Origin: a virus
Taxonomy: Duplodnaviria > Heunggongvirae > Uroviricota > Caudoviricetes
Virus record (IMG/VR): IMGVR_UViG_2690316210_000007
Span: 1-35,809 of that record
Length of the DNA stretch: 35,809 nucleotides
Reading direction: 5' to 3' (one strand)
Position numbers and translations under genes: made by a program. The notes under the pieces were generated by a model. That model had not been told where the DNA came from. It searched no databases and worked only from the letters and a program-made list of their open reading frames with translations. This document shows positions 16,398-26,131 of the stretch, piece after piece; the first letter of the stretch is position 1, and each line of letters starts with the position of its first letter.

Positions 16398-16781
16398 ATG
16401 GCAACAAAAGAAGAAAATCTGAATCGTCTTCGTCAACTGGCTGACCTGCTGGGGCGCGAGGCGGATATGTCGGGGAGTGCTGCGGATATTGCTCAACGTG
16501 TGTCTGAGTGGGAAGAGGAGCTTGCTGTTTCCCCGGAGGGCATTATGCACTCTGATGAGAGCGGGGCTGATCAAAATCACACAGACGATGGTGAGCAGTT
16601 GAACAACACGGATGCTCCGGATGATGTTAAAGCCGTCCGGGTACGGAAGTGCCTGCAAGTAATGGGGTATTGCCCGGAGACAGGTCGTCCCGTTGAGCTG
16701 GCGTTACGGGGTATGCGTGTTCTGGTGCCATCATCACTGGCAACGGCCATGATACAGCACGGAACGGCTGAATATGCGTGA
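16398..16781 (+). CDS. FI: DNA packaging / head assembly protein gpFI
   Basis: RBS aggagg then ATG 16398 (MATKEENLNRLRQLADLLG...); acidic central region; position between E and FII. The ORF-track start at 16350 is an upstream extension. Confidence 0.65.
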   Translation: MATKEENLNRLRQLADLLGREADMSGSAADIAQRVSEWEEELAVSPEGIMHSDESGADQNHTDDGEQLNNTDAPDDVKAVRVRKCLQVMGYCPETGRPVELALRGMRVLVPSSLATAMIQHGTAEYA

Positions 16782-17127
16782 TTTTCAGAATGCCTTTGAT
16801 GCTGCCCTCGCCGGGGTAGACAGTACGATCGTTGAAGTGATGGGGCTCTGTGCGCAGTTCACCTCGGGGGCACAGTGTGGCAGCGAAGTTCAGGGGGTTT
16901 TTGATGATCCGGAGTCGCTGGGGTTTGCCGGTGGCGGGGTCCGTATTGAAGGAAGCAGCCCGTCATTATTTGTGCGGACGGATACGGTTCGTGCCGTGCG
17001 GCGTGGTGACACGCTGACCATTAATGGTGAGATATTCTGGGTGGATCGTGTTTCTCCGGATGACGGGGGCAGCTGTTATCTCTGGCTCAACCGTGGTCAA
17101 CCACCCGCAGTTAACCGGCGACGATAA
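16774..17127 (+). CDS. FII: Head completion protein gpFII
   Basis: 117 aa; ..GVRIEGSSPSLFVRTDTVRAVRRGDTLTINGEIFWVDRVSPDDGGSCYLWLNRGQPPAVNRRR versus recalled lambda FII ..GVRVEGSSPSLFVRTDEVRQLRRGDTLTIGEENFWVDRVSPDDGGSCHLWLGRGVPPAVNRRR. Confidence 0.85.
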   Translation: MRDFQNAFDAALAGVDSTIVEVMGLCAQFTSGAQCGSEVQGVFDDPESLGFAGGGVRIEGSSPSLFVRTDTVRAVRRGDTLTINGEIFWVDRVSPDDGGSCYLWLNRGQPPAVNRRR

Positions 17128-17142
17128 ACGCAGGGTGAAATT

Positions 17143-17676
17143 ATGGCGATAAAAGGGCTTGATCAGGCGATTGACAATCTGAGCCGGGTTCGTAAAAACG
17201 CCATTCCGGCGGCTTCAGCAATGGCCATTAACCGCGTGGCCACAACGGCGATTAATCAGTCTTCATCACAGGTTGCCCGGGAGACAAAGGTTCGCCGGAA
17301 ACTGGTTAAGGAACGGTCCAGACTGAAACGGGCGACGGTCAGAAATCCGAATGCCAGAATTATCGTTAACCGCGGTGATCTCCCTGTGATTAAGCTGGGG
17401 ATCAGGATGCTGGGGCGTCGCCCGAACAGCATACTTAAAGCCGGTCAGCATCGGTATCAGCGGGCATTTATTCAGCGATTAAAAAATGGTCGCTGGCATG
17501 TCATGCAGCGTGTGGCCGGGAAAAACCGTTACCCCATTGATGTGGTGAAAATCCCGATGGCGGCCCCACTGAAACAGGCATTTGATGAGAATGTTGACCG
17601 TATCCGGCGTGAACGCCTGCCTAAAGAACTGGCATACGCGCTGAAACAACAACTGAGGATTGCAATAAAACGATGA
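17143..17676 (+). CDS. Z: Tail completion protein gpZ
   Basis: MAIKGLDQAIDNLSRV... and ..LKNGRWHVMQRVAGKNRYPIDVVKIPMA..RIRRERLPKEL.. versus recalled lambda Z. Confidence 0.8.
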   Translation: MAIKGLDQAIDNLSRVRKNAIPAASAMAINRVATTAINQSSSQVARETKVRRKLVKERSRLKRATVRNPNARIIVNRGDLPVIKLGIRMLGRRPNSILKAGQHRYQRAFIQRLKNGRWHVMQRVAGKNRYPIDVVKIPMAAPLKQAFDENVDRIRRERLPKELAYALKQQLRIAIKR

Positions 17677-18068
17677 AACACACTGACATTCGTGCCGCAG
17701 TGCTGGATGCACTCGAGCAGCATGAACACGGGGCGACGCTGTTTGATGGTCGCCCCGTTGTTTTTGACGAAGAGGATTTTCCTGCGATCGCGGTTTATCT
17801 GACGGATGCAGAGTATACCGGTGAAGAGCTGGATGCAGATACCTGGCGGGCCACGCTGCATATTGAGGTGTTTTTACCGGCACAGGTACCGGATTCAGAG
17901 CTTGATCAGTGGATGGAAAGCCGGATTTACCCGGCGATGACCGCGATCCCGGCACTGGCAGGACTGATTACCACGATGGTTACGCAGGGCTATGAGTATC
18001 GTCGTGATGACGATATGGCGTTATGGAGTTCTGCAGATCTGACTTATTCCATTACATACGAGATGTGA
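17673..18068 (+). CDS. U: Tail terminator protein gpU
   Basis: 131 aa, near-collinear with recalled lambda U ([48 protein letters not shown]...[25 protein letters not shown]...). Confidence 0.85.
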   Translation: MKHTDIRAAVLDALEQHEHGATLFDGRPVVFDEEDFPAIAVYLTDAEYTGEELDADTWRATLHIEVFLPAQVPDSELDQWMESRIYPAMTAIPALAGLITTMVTQGYEYRRDDDMALWSSADLTYSITYEM

Positions 18069-18075
18069 GGACGAT

Positions 18076-18828
18076 ATGGCAACACCAAATCCCCTTGAGC
18101 CGGTAAAAGGTGCCGGTACCACTCTGTGGGTTTACAACGGCAAGGGTGATGCTTATGCAAACCCGTTGTCAGACGATGACTGGCAGCGACTGGCTAAGGT
18201 GAAGGATCTGACGCCGGGCGAGATGACGGCAGAATCCTACGATGATAACTACCTGGATGATGAAGACGCGGACTGGACCGCGACCGGGCAGGGGCAGAAA
18301 TCTGCAGGTGATACCAGTTTTACGCTGGCCTGGAAACCGGGAGAGGAAGGCCAGAAAGGGCTTATAGGCTGGTTTGAAAGCGGCGATGTCCGGGCCTATA
18401 AAATCCGTTTTCCGAATGGCACGGTGGATGTGTTTCGTGGCTGGGTCAGCAGTATCGGTAAGGCCGTGACGGCGAAAGAAGTGATCACCCGCACGGTGAA
18501 AGTCACTAACGTGGGTAAACCTTCTGTAGCGGAAGAACGCAGCAAAATTACGCCGGTCAGTGCGATTAAGGTGACGCCGACATCCGGTACGGTGGCAAAA
18601 GGGAAAACAACCACCCTGACGGTTTCTTTTGAGCCGGAAAGTGCAACCGACAAGACGTTCAGAGCGGTTTCCGCCGATCCGTCGAAAGCCACCATTAGTG
18701 TGAAAGATATGACAATTACGGTAAACGGCGTGGCGACAGGTAAGGTGCAGATCCCTGTGGTGAGCGGAAATGGTCAGTTCGCCGCAGTGGCTGAAGTCAC
18801 CGTTACTGAAGCGGGCGCTGCAGGGTAA
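18076..18828 (+). CDS. V: Major tail protein gpV (with C-terminal Ig-like domain)
   Basis: 250 aa; ..[73 protein letters not shown].. versus recalled lambda V. Confidence 0.9.
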   Translation: MATPNPLEPVKGAGTTLWVYNGKGDAYANPLSDDDWQRLAKVKDLTPGEMTAESYDDNYLDDEDADWTATGQGQKSAGDTSFTLAWKPGEEGQKGLIGWFESGDVRAYKIRFPNGTVDVFRGWVSSIGKAVTAKEVITRTVKVTNVGKPSVAEERSKITPVSAIKVTPTSGTVAKGKTTTLTVSFEPESATDKTFRAVSADPSKATISVKDMTITVNGVATGKVQIPVVSGNGQFAAVAEVTVTEAGAAG

Positions 18829-18841
18829 ACGGAGGTAATAC

Positions 18842-19273
18842 ATGTTTCTGAAAACAGAACAATTTGAATATAACGGTGTGTCTGTCACGCTTTCCGAATT
18901 GTCTGCGCTGCAGCGTATCGAGCATCTTGCCCTCCTGAAACGGCGTGCAGAACAGGCAGAATCCTGCGGCAACCTGCAGGTAAGCGTGGAAGATCTCGTC
19001 AGAACCGGCGCGTTTCTGGTGGCGATGTCCCTGTGGCATAACCATCCACAGAAAACGCAGTCACCGTCAATGAATGAGGCCGTGATGAAGATAGAGCAGG
19101 AAGTGCTCACCACCTGGCCTGCCGATGCCATTGCCCGGGCGGAAGACGTGGTGTTGTGCCTGTCCGGGATGATCGAAGCTGTTCGTCCGGATACTGATAT
19201 TACTGAAGTGGCGAAAAATAACACGCTGACTGATGATGATTTTTCTGCGGGAAAGTCTTCGACGGCGAGCTGA
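18842..19273 (+). CDS. G: Tail assembly chaperone gpG
   Basis: 143-aa ORF directly after V; it ends at the slippery heptamer G GGA AAG (19249-19255), in the zero frame. Confidence 0.8.
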   Translation: MFLKTEQFEYNGVSVTLSELSALQRIEHLALLKRRAEQAESCGNLQVSVEDLVRTGAFLVAMSLWHNHPQKTQSPSMNEAVMKIEQEVLTTWPADAIARAEDVVLCLSGMIEAVRPDTDITEVAKNNTLTDDDFSAGKSSTAS

Positions 19274-19713
19274 ACTTTGCCCTCAGACTGGCGCGTGAGA
19301 TGGGGAGACCCGACTGGCGCGCCATGCTTGCCGGGATGACATCCACCGAATATGCCGACTGGCACCGTTTTTACCGCACGCATTATTTTCAGGATACCCA
19401 GCTGGATATGCATTTTTCCGGGCTGACGTACGCTGTACTCAGCCTGTTTTTTTGCGATCCGGATATGCATCCCTCTGATTTCAGTCTGCTTGTCCCCCGG
19501 CATGAGGAAGAGCAGGTGGAGAGGCCGGATGAGGACAAAATGCTGATGCAGAAAGCGGCAGGACTTGCCGGAGGCGTCCGGTTCGGTGGGGACGGAGGGC
19601 GCGATATTTTATCGTCTGCGGATGTGGCGGATGTCATGGTGGATGATGCCGCATTAATGATGGCTTCAGCGGGGATTCCGGGAGGTGTGAGATATGTCCC
19701 AGCCGGTTGGTGA
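18842..19713 (+). CDS. T: gpG-T fusion produced by programmed -1 ribosomal frameshift (T segment about 19255-19713)
   Basis: Canonical lambda-type slippery site GGGAAAG at 19249-19255 in the correct codon phase; the downstream ORF (19300-19713) is open in the -1 frame and runs into the start of H. Confidence 0.7.
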
Positions 19714-22267
19714 TCTTGTTATTGACCTGAGTCTGGATGCTGTCCGTTTCGATGAGCAGATGAGCCGGGTAAGGCGTCATTTTTCAGGTCTGGATACCGA
19801 CGCCAGAAAAACCGCCAGTGCTGTTGAACAGGGCCTGAGCCGCCAGGCGCTGGCTGCACAAAAAGCCGGGATTTCCGTCGGGCAGTATAAAGCGGCCATG
19901 CGAACCCTGCCCGCACAGTTTACGGATATCGCCACGCAGCTTGCCGGTGGTCAGAATCCCTGGTTGATCCTGCTGCAACAGGGCGGTCAGGTGAAGGACT
20001 CCTTCGGCGGGATGATCCCCATGTTCAGGGGGCTTGCCGGTGCGATCACCCTGCCGATGGTCGGGGTCACCTCGCTGGCGGTGGCGACAGGTGCGCTGGC
20101 GTACGCCTGGTACCAGGGCGACGCCACGCTTTCAGAATTTAATAAAACGCTGGTCCTTTCCGGCAATCAGGCCGGACTGACTGCCGATCGTATGCTGACG
20201 CTCTCAAGAGCCGGGCAGGCAGCAGGGCTGACGTTTAACCAGGCGAGAGAGTCACTGGCAGCCCTGGTGAATGCCGGTGTGCGTGGTGGTGAACAGTTTG
20301 ATGCCATCAACCAGAGTGTCGCGCGTTTTGCGTCTGCATCCGGTGTGGAGGTGGATAAAGTCGCTGAAGCCTTCGGGAAGCTGACCACTGACCCGACGTC
20401 GGGACTGATGGCGATGGCGCGCCAGTTCCGTAACGTGACGGCAGAGCAGATTGCGTATGTTGCACAGCTGCAGCGTTCCGGAGACGAGGCCGGGGCATTG
20501 CAGGCGGCGAACGATATCGCCACGAAAGGCTTTGATGAGCAGACCCGTCGCCTGAAAGAAAACATGGGAACACTGGAGACCTGGGCGGATAAAACAGGGA
20601 AGGCATTCAAATCGATGTGGGATGCCATTCTGGATATCGGTCGTCCGGAATCCTCAGCGGATATGCTCGCCAGTGCGCAGAAGGCATTTGATGAGGCGGA
20701 TAAAAAATGGCAGTGGTACCAGAGCCGGAGCCAGCGCCGGGGAAAGACCTCCTCTTTTCGTGCGAACCTTCAGGGGGCATGGGATGACCGGGAAAATGCC
20801 CGTCTGGGTCTGGCAGCGGCCACGCTGCAGTCGGATATGGAAAAAGCCGGTGAACTGGCGGCAAGGGACAGGGCTGAGCGTGAGTCGTCACAGCTGAAGT
20901 ATACCGGAGAGGCGCAGAAGGCGTATGAGCGCCTGCAGACGCCGCTGGATAAATATACCGCCCGTCAGAAAGAGCTGAATAAGGCCCTGAAAGACGGAAA
21001 AATCCTGCAGGCGGATTACAACACGCTGATGGCGTCGGCAAAAAAGGATTATGAATCGACGCTGAAAAAGCCGTCAGGTGTGAAGGTGTCTGCCGGTGAG
21101 CGCCAGGAAGACCGGGCGCATGCAGCCCTGCTGGCGCTTGAAACCGAGCTCAGGACGCTGGAAAAACACAGCGGTGTGAATGAGAAAATCAGCCAGCAGC
21201 GCCGGGATTTATGGGAAGCGGAAAGTCAGTATGTGGTCCTGAAAGAGGCCGCCACGAAACGGCAGTTATCTGAGCAGGAAAAATCCCTGCTGGCTCATGA
21301 GAAAGAGACGCTGGAGTACAAACGCCAGCTGGCTGAGCTGGGAGACAAGATTGAACACCAGAAGCGGCTGAATGAGCTGGCACAGCAGGCGGCGCGGTTT
21401 GAACAGCAGCAAAGCGCGAAGCAGGCGGCAATCAGCGCAAAAGCCCGCGGCCTCACCGACCGTCAGGCGCAGCGGGAGTCGGAAGAGCAGCGCCTTCGTG
21501 AGGTGTACGGTGATAATCCGGCTGCGCTGGCGAAGGCCACATCGGCACTGAAGAACACCTGGTCTGCGGAGGAGCAGCTTCGTGGAAGCTGGATGGCCGG
21601 GATGAAGTCCGGCTGGAGTGAGTGGGAAGAGAGCGCCACGGACAGTATGTCACAGGTTAAAAGTGCAGCCACGCAGACCTTTGATGGTATTGCACAGAAT
21701 ATGGCGGCGATGCTGACCGGCAGTGAACAGAACTGGCGCAGCTTCACCCGCTCCGTGCTGTCCATGATGACAGAAATTCTGCTTAAGCAGGCAATGGTGG
21801 GGATTGTCGGGAGTATCGGCAGCGCCATTGGCGGGGCTGTTGGTGGCGGCGCATCCGCGTCAGGCGGTACAGCCATTCAGGCCGCTGCGGCGAAATTCCA
21901 TTTTGCAACCGGGGGATTTACGGGAACCGGCGGCAAATATGAGCCAGCGGGGATTGTTCACCGTGGTGAATTTGTCTTCACAAAGGAGGCAACCAGCCGG
22001 ATTGGCGTGGGGAATCTCTACCGGCTGATGCGCGGCTATGCCACCGGTGGTTATGTCGGTACACCGGGCAGTCTGGCTGACAGCCGGTCGCAGGCGTCCG
22101 GGACGTTTGAGCAGAATAACCATGTGGTGATTAACAACGACGGCACGAACGGGCAGATAGGTCCGGCTGCTCTGAAGGCGGTGTATGACATGGCCCGCAA
22201 GGGTGCCCGTGATGAAATTCAGACACAGATGCGTGATGGTGGCCTGTTCTCCGGAGGTGGACGATGA
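19694..22267 (+). CDS. H: Tail tape measure protein gpH
   Basis: 857 aa (lambda H is about 853), long alpha-helical/coiled-coil central region, Gly-rich C-terminal region, canonical position between G-T and M. Confidence 0.9.
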   Translation: MSQPVGDLVIDLSLDAVRFDEQMSRVRRHFSGLDTDARKTASAVEQGLSRQALAAQKAGISVGQYKAAMRTLPAQFTDIATQLAGGQNPWLILLQQGGQVKDSFGGMIPMFRGLAGAITLPMVGVTSLAVATGALAYAWYQGDATLSEFNKTLVLSGNQAGLTADRMLTLSRAGQAAGLTFNQARESLAALVNAGVRGGEQFDAINQSVARFASASGVEVDKVAEAFGKLTTDPTSGLMAMARQFRNVTAEQIAYVAQLQRSGDEAGALQAANDIATKGFDEQTRRLKENMGTLETWADKTGKAFKSMWDAILDIGRPESSADMLASAQKAFDEADKKWQWYQSRSQRRGKTSSFRANLQGAWDDRENARLGLAAATLQSDMEKAGELAARDRAERESSQLKYTGEAQKAYERLQTPLDKYTARQKELNKALKDGKILQADYNTLMASAKKDYESTLKKPSGVKVSAGERQEDRAHAALLALETELRTLEKHSGVNEKISQQRRDLWEAESQYVVLKEAATKRQLSEQEKSLLAHEKETLEYKRQLAELGDKIEHQKRLNELAQQAARFEQQQSAKQAAISAKARGLTDRQAQRESEEQRLREVYGDNPAALAKATSALKNTWSAEEQLRGSWMAGMKSGWSEWEESATDSMSQVKSAATQTFDGIAQNMAAMLTGSEQNWRSFTRSVLSMMTEILLKQAMVGIVGSIGSAIGGAVGGGASASGGTAIQAAAAKFHFATGGFTGTGGKYEPAGIVHRGEFVFTKEATSRIGVGNLYRLMRGYATGGYVGTPGSLADSRSQASGTFEQNNHVVINNDGTNGQIGPAALKAVYDMARKGARDEIQTQMRDGGLFSGGGR

Positions 22268-22593
22268 AAACCTTCCGCTGGAAAGTGAAACCCGGGATGG
22301 ATGTGACATCGGCTCCTTCCGTCAGGGAGGTGCGCTTTGGTGATGGCTATTCCCAGCGTGCGCCTGCCGGGCTGAACGCTGACCTGAAAACGTACAGCGT
22401 GACGCTGTCTGTCTCCCGTGAGGAGGCCACGGCGCTGGAGTCGTTTCTGGCTGAGCACGGGGGCTGGAAGGCCTTTCTGTGGACGCCGCCTTATGGTTAC
22501 AGGCAGATAAAGGTGACCTGCGCAAAATGGTCGTCGCAGGTCAGTATGTTGCGTGTTGGGTTCAGCGCAGAGTTTAAACAGGTGGTGAACTGA
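22264..22593 (+). CDS. M: Tail tip assembly protein gpM (copy 1)
   Basis: 109 aa, same length as lambda M; starts by ATGA overlap with the H stop. Confidence 0.85.
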   Translation: MKTFRWKVKPGMDVTSAPSVREVRFGDGYSQRAPAGLNADLKTYSVTLSVSREEATALESFLAEHGGWKAFLWTPPYGYRQIKVTCAKWSSQVSMLRVGFSAEFKQVVN

Positions 22594-23618
22594 TGCAGGA
22601 TATCCGGCAGGAAACACTGAATGAATGCACCCGTGCGGAGCAGTCGGCCAGCGTGGTGCTCTGGGAAATCGATCTGACAGAGGTCGGTGGAGAACGTTAT
22701 TTTTTCTGTAATGAGCAGAACGAAAAAGGTGAGCCGGTCACCTGGCAGGGGAGGCAGTATCAGGCGTATCCCATTCAGGGGAGCGGTTTTGAACTGAATG
22801 GCAAAGGCACCAGTACGCGGCCAACGCTGGCAGTCTCTAACCTGTACGGCATGGTCACCGGTATGGTGGAAGATATGCAGAGTCTGGTCGGCGGAACGGT
22901 GGTCCGGCGTAAGGTTTACGCCCGTTTTCTGGATGCGGTGAACTTCGTCAACGGAAACAGCGACGCCGATCCGGAACAGGAGGTGATCAGCCGCTGGCGC
23001 ATTGAGCAGTGCAGCGAACTGAGCGCGGTGAGTGCCTCTTTTGTACTGTCCACGCCGACGGAAACAGATGGCGCTGTTTTTCCGGGACGTATCATGCTGG
23101 CCAACACCTGCACCTGGACCTATCGCGGACTGCTTAAGCAGGCAATGGTGGGGATTGTCGGGAGTATCGGCAGCGCCATTGGCGGGGCTGTTGGTGGCGG
23201 CGCATCCGCGTCAGGTGGTACAGCCATTCAGGCCGCTGCGGCGAAATTCCATTTTGCAACCGGGGGATTTACGGGAACCGGCGGCAAATATGAGCCAGCG
23301 GGGATTGTTCACCGTGGTGAATTTGTCTTCACGAAGGAGGCAACCAGCCGGATTGGCGTGGGGAATCTCTACCGGCTGATGCGCGGCTATGCGGAAGGTG
23401 GTTATGTGGGCGGTGCCGGAAGTCCGGCGCAGATGCGGCGGGCTGAAGGCATTAATTTTAATCAGAACAATCACGTGGTGATTCAGAACGACGGTACGAA
23501 TGGTCTGCCAGGTCCACAGATGATGAAGGCCGTGTATGACATGGCCCGCAAGGGTGCCCGTGATGAAATTCAGACACAGATGCGTGATGGTGGCCTGTTC
23601 TCCGGAGGTGGACGATGA
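22593..23618 (+). CDS. Chimeric ORF: gpL N-terminal ~179 aa fused in frame to the C-terminal ~163 aa of gpH (duplication junction product)
   Basis: Residues 1-179 (MQDIRQETLNECTRAEQSASVVLWEIDL...LANTCTWTYRG) are lambda L-like. From LLKQAMVGIVGSIGSAIGG onward the sequence repeats the H C-terminus of 21778-22267, partly identical at nucleotide level. Confidence 0.7.
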   Translation: MQDIRQETLNECTRAEQSASVVLWEIDLTEVGGERYFFCNEQNEKGEPVTWQGRQYQAYPIQGSGFELNGKGTSTRPTLAVSNLYGMVTGMVEDMQSLVGGTVVRRKVYARFLDAVNFVNGNSDADPEQEVISRWRIEQCSELSAVSASFVLSTPTETDGAVFPGRIMLANTCTWTYRGLLKQAMVGIVGSIGSAIGGAVGGGASASGGTAIQAAAAKFHFATGGFTGTGGKYEPAGIVHRGEFVFTKEATSRIGVGNLYRLMRGYAEGGYVGGAGSPAQMRRAEGINFNQNNHVVIQNDGTNGLPGPQMMKAVYDMARKGARDEIQTQMRDGGLFSGGGR

Positions 23619-23944
23619 AAACCTTCCGCTGGAAAGTGAAACCCGGTATGGATGTGGCTTCGGCCCCTTCTGTAAGAAAGGTGCGCTTTGGTGATGGCTA
23701 TTCCCAGCGAGCGCCTGCCGGGCTGAATGCCAACCTGAAAACGTACAGCGTGACGCTTTCTGTCCCCCGTGAGGAGGCCATGGTACTGGAGTCGTTTCTG
23801 GAAGAGCACGGGGGCTGGAAAGCCTTTCTGTGGACGCCGCCTTATGAGTGGCGGCAGATAAAGGTGACCTGCGCAAAATGGTCGTCGCGGGTCAGTATGC
23901 TGCGTGTTGAGTTCAGCGCAGAGTTTGAACAGGTGGTGAACTGA
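23615..23944 (+). CDS. M: Tail tip assembly protein gpM (copy 2, on the duplicated segment)
   Basis: 109 aa, near-identical to copy 1 with scattered substitutions. Confidence 0.85.
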   Translation: MKTFRWKVKPGMDVASAPSVRKVRFGDGYSQRAPAGLNANLKTYSVTLSVPREEAMVLESFLEEHGGWKAFLWTPPYEWRQIKVTCAKWSSRVSMLRVEFSAEFEQVVN

Positions 23945-24813
23945 TGCAGGATATCCGGCAGGAAACACTGAATGAATGCACCCGTGCGGAGCAGTCGGCC
24001 AGCGTGGTGCTCTGGGAAATCGATCTGACAGAGGTCGGTGGAGAACGTTATTTTTTCTGTAATGAGCAGAACGAAAAAGGTGAGCCGGTCACCTGGCAGG
24101 GGCGACAGTATCAGCCGTATCCCATTCAGGGGAGTGGTTTTGAACTGAATGGCAAAGGCACCAGTACGCGCCCCACGCTGATGGTTTCTAACCTGTACGG
24201 TATGGTCACCGGGATGGCGGAAGATCTACAGAGTCTGGTCGGCGGAACGGTGGTCCGGCGTAAGGTTTACGCCCGTTTTCTGGATGCGGTGAACTTCGTC
24301 AACGGAAACAGTGACGCCGATCCGGAGCAGGAGGTGATCAGCCGCTGGCGCATTGAGCAGTGCAGCGAACTGAGCGCGGTGAGTGCCTCTTTTGTACTGT
24401 CCACGCCGACGGAAACAGATGGCGCTGTTTTTCCGGGACGTATCATGCTGGCCAACACCTGCACCTGGACCTATCGCGGCGATGAGTGCGGTTATCACGG
24501 TCCGGCGGTCGCGGATGAATATGACCAGCCAACGTCCGACATCACGAAGGATAAATGCAGCAAATGCCTGAGTGGCTGTAAGTTTCGAGATGGCGCTGTT
24601 TTTCCGGGGCGTATCATGCTGGCCAACACCTGCACCTGGACCTATCGCGGTGATGAGTGCGGTTATCACGGTCCGGCAGTCGCGGATGAATATGACCAGC
24701 CGACGTCCGATATCACGAAGGATAAATGCAGCAAATGCCTGAGCGGCTGTAAGTTTCGCAATAACGTCGGCAACTTTGGCGGCTTCCTTTCCATTAACAA
24801 ACTTTCGCAGTAA
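23944..24813 (+). CDS. L: Tail tip protein gpL carrying an in-frame 57-codon tandem duplication
   Basis: 289 aa versus 232 for lambda L. The block DGAVFPGRIMLANTCTWTYRGDECGYHGPAVADEYDQPTSDITKDKCSKCLSGCKFR occurs twice in tandem (24418-24588 and 24589-24759). Confidence 0.8.
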   Translation: MQDIRQETLNECTRAEQSASVVLWEIDLTEVGGERYFFCNEQNEKGEPVTWQGRQYQPYPIQGSGFELNGKGTSTRPTLMVSNLYGMVTGMAEDLQSLVGGTVVRRKVYARFLDAVNFVNGNSDADPEQEVISRWRIEQCSELSAVSASFVLSTPTETDGAVFPGRIMLANTCTWTYRGDECGYHGPAVADEYDQPTSDITKDKCSKCLSGCKFRDGAVFPGRIMLANTCTWTYRGDECGYHGPAVADEYDQPTSDITKDKCSKCLSGCKFRNNVGNFGGFLSINKLSQ

Positions 24814-24818
24814 ATCCC

Positions 24819-25562
24819 ATGACAGAGACAGAATCAGCGATTCTGGCGCACGCCCGGCGATGTGCTCCAGCGGAGTCGTGCGGCTTCGTGGTAAGAACGC
24901 CGGAGGGGGAAAGATATTTCCCCTGCGTGAATATCTCCGGTGAGCCGGAGGCGTATTTCCGTATGTCGCCGGAAGACTGGCTGCAGGCAGAGATGCAGGG
25001 TGAGATTGTGGCACTGGTCCACAGCCACCCCGGTGGTCTGCCCTGGCTGAGTGAGGCCGACCGGCGGCTGCAGGTGCAGAGTGATTTGCCGTGGTGGCTG
25101 GTCTGCCGGGGGGCGATTCACAAGTTCCGCTGTGTGCCGCATCTCACCGGGCGGCGCTTTGAGTACGGGGTGACGGACTGTTACACACTGTTCCGGGATG
25201 CTTACCATCTGGCGGGGATTGAGATGCCGGATTTTCATCGTGAGGATGACTGGTGGCGTCACGGTCAGAATCTCTATCTGGATAATCTGGAGGCCACAGG
25301 GCTGTATCAGGTGCCGTTGTCAGCGGCGCAGCCGGGCGATGTGCTGCTGTGCTGTTTTGGTTCATCGGTGCCGAATCATGCCGCCATTTACTGTGGTGAC
25401 GGCGAGCTGCTGCACCATATTCCTGAACAACTGAGCAAACGAGAGAGGTACACCGACAAATGGCAGCGACGCACACACTCCCTCTGGCGTCACCGGGCAT
25501 GGCACGCATCTGCCTTTACGGGGATTTGCAACGATTTGGCCGCCGCATCGACCTTCGTGTGA
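24819..25562 (+). CDS. K: Tail tip assembly protein gpK (MPN/JAB plus NlpC/P60-like)
   Basis: MTETESAILAHARRCAPAESCGFVVRTPEGERYF...HSHPGG...; near-identical to recalled lambda K. Confidence 0.85.
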   Translation: MTETESAILAHARRCAPAESCGFVVRTPEGERYFPCVNISGEPEAYFRMSPEDWLQAEMQGEIVALVHSHPGGLPWLSEADRRLQVQSDLPWWLVCRGAIHKFRCVPHLTGRRFEYGVTDCYTLFRDAYHLAGIEMPDFHREDDWWRHGQNLYLDNLEATGLYQVPLSAAQPGDVLLCCFGSSVPNHAAIYCGDGELLHHIPEQLSKRERYTDKWQRRTHSLWRHRAWHASAFTGICNDLAAASTFV

Positions 25563-26131
25563 AAACGGGTGCCGAAGCCATCCGGGCGATGGCCACACAG
25601 CTCCCTGCGTTTCGTCAGAAGCTGAGCGACGGCTGGTATCAGGTGCGTATTGCCGGGCAGGATGTTAGCACGTCCGGATTAACGGCGCAGTTACATGAGG
25701 CTCTGCCTGACGGCGCTGTGATTCATATTGTTCCCAGAGTCGCCGGGGCCAAGTCAGGTGGTGTATTCCAGATTGTCCTGGGAGCAGCCGCCATTGCCGG
25801 ATCATTCTTTACCGCCGGAGCCACCCTTGCAGCATGGGGGGCTGCCATTGGTGCCGGTGGTATGACCGGCATTCTGTTTTCTCTCGGTGCCAGTATGGTG
25901 CTCGGCGGTGTGGCTCAGATGCTGGCACCGAAAGCCAGAACTCCCCGCACACAGACAACGGATAACGGTAAGCAGAACACCTATTTCTCCTCACTGGATA
26001 ACATGGTTGCCCAGGGCAATGTTATGCCTGTTCTGTATGGTGAAATGCGCGTGGGGTCACGTGTGGTATCTCAGGAGATCAGCACGGCAGACGAAGGGGA
26101 CGGTGGTCAGGTTGTGGTGATTGGTCGCTGA
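25460..26131 (+). CDS. I: Tail tip assembly protein gpI
   Basis: 223 aa, MAATHTLPLASPGMARICLYGDLQRFGRRIDLRVKTGAEAIRA..., near-identical to recalled lambda I; overlaps the 3' end of K. Confidence 0.85.
   Translation: MAATHTLPLASPGMARICLYGDLQRFGRRIDLRVKTGAEAIRAMATQLPAFRQKLSDGWYQVRIAGQDVSTSGLTAQLHEALPDGAVIHIVPRVAGAKSGGVFQIVLGAAAIAGSFFTAGATLAAWGAAIGAGGMTGILFSLGASMVLGGVAQMLAPKARTPRTQTTDNGKQNTYFSSLDNMVAQGNVMPVLYGEMRVGSRVVSQEISTADEGDGGQVVVIGR

Noticed and set aside
18169-19503. 444-aa minus-strand ORF antisense to V/G/T
   Set aside because: Lies entirely antisense to well-supported tail genes; Arg/Cys/His-rich low-complexity translation typical of spurious antisense ORFs in GC-rich coding DNA.
23211-25014. 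Minus-strand ORFs of 221, 132, 262 and 142 aa across M/L/K, including the repeated 65-aa ORFs at 22916-23113 and 24267-24464
   Set aside because: Antisense artefacts of the GC-rich tail genes; the repeated ones simply reflect the tandem duplication.
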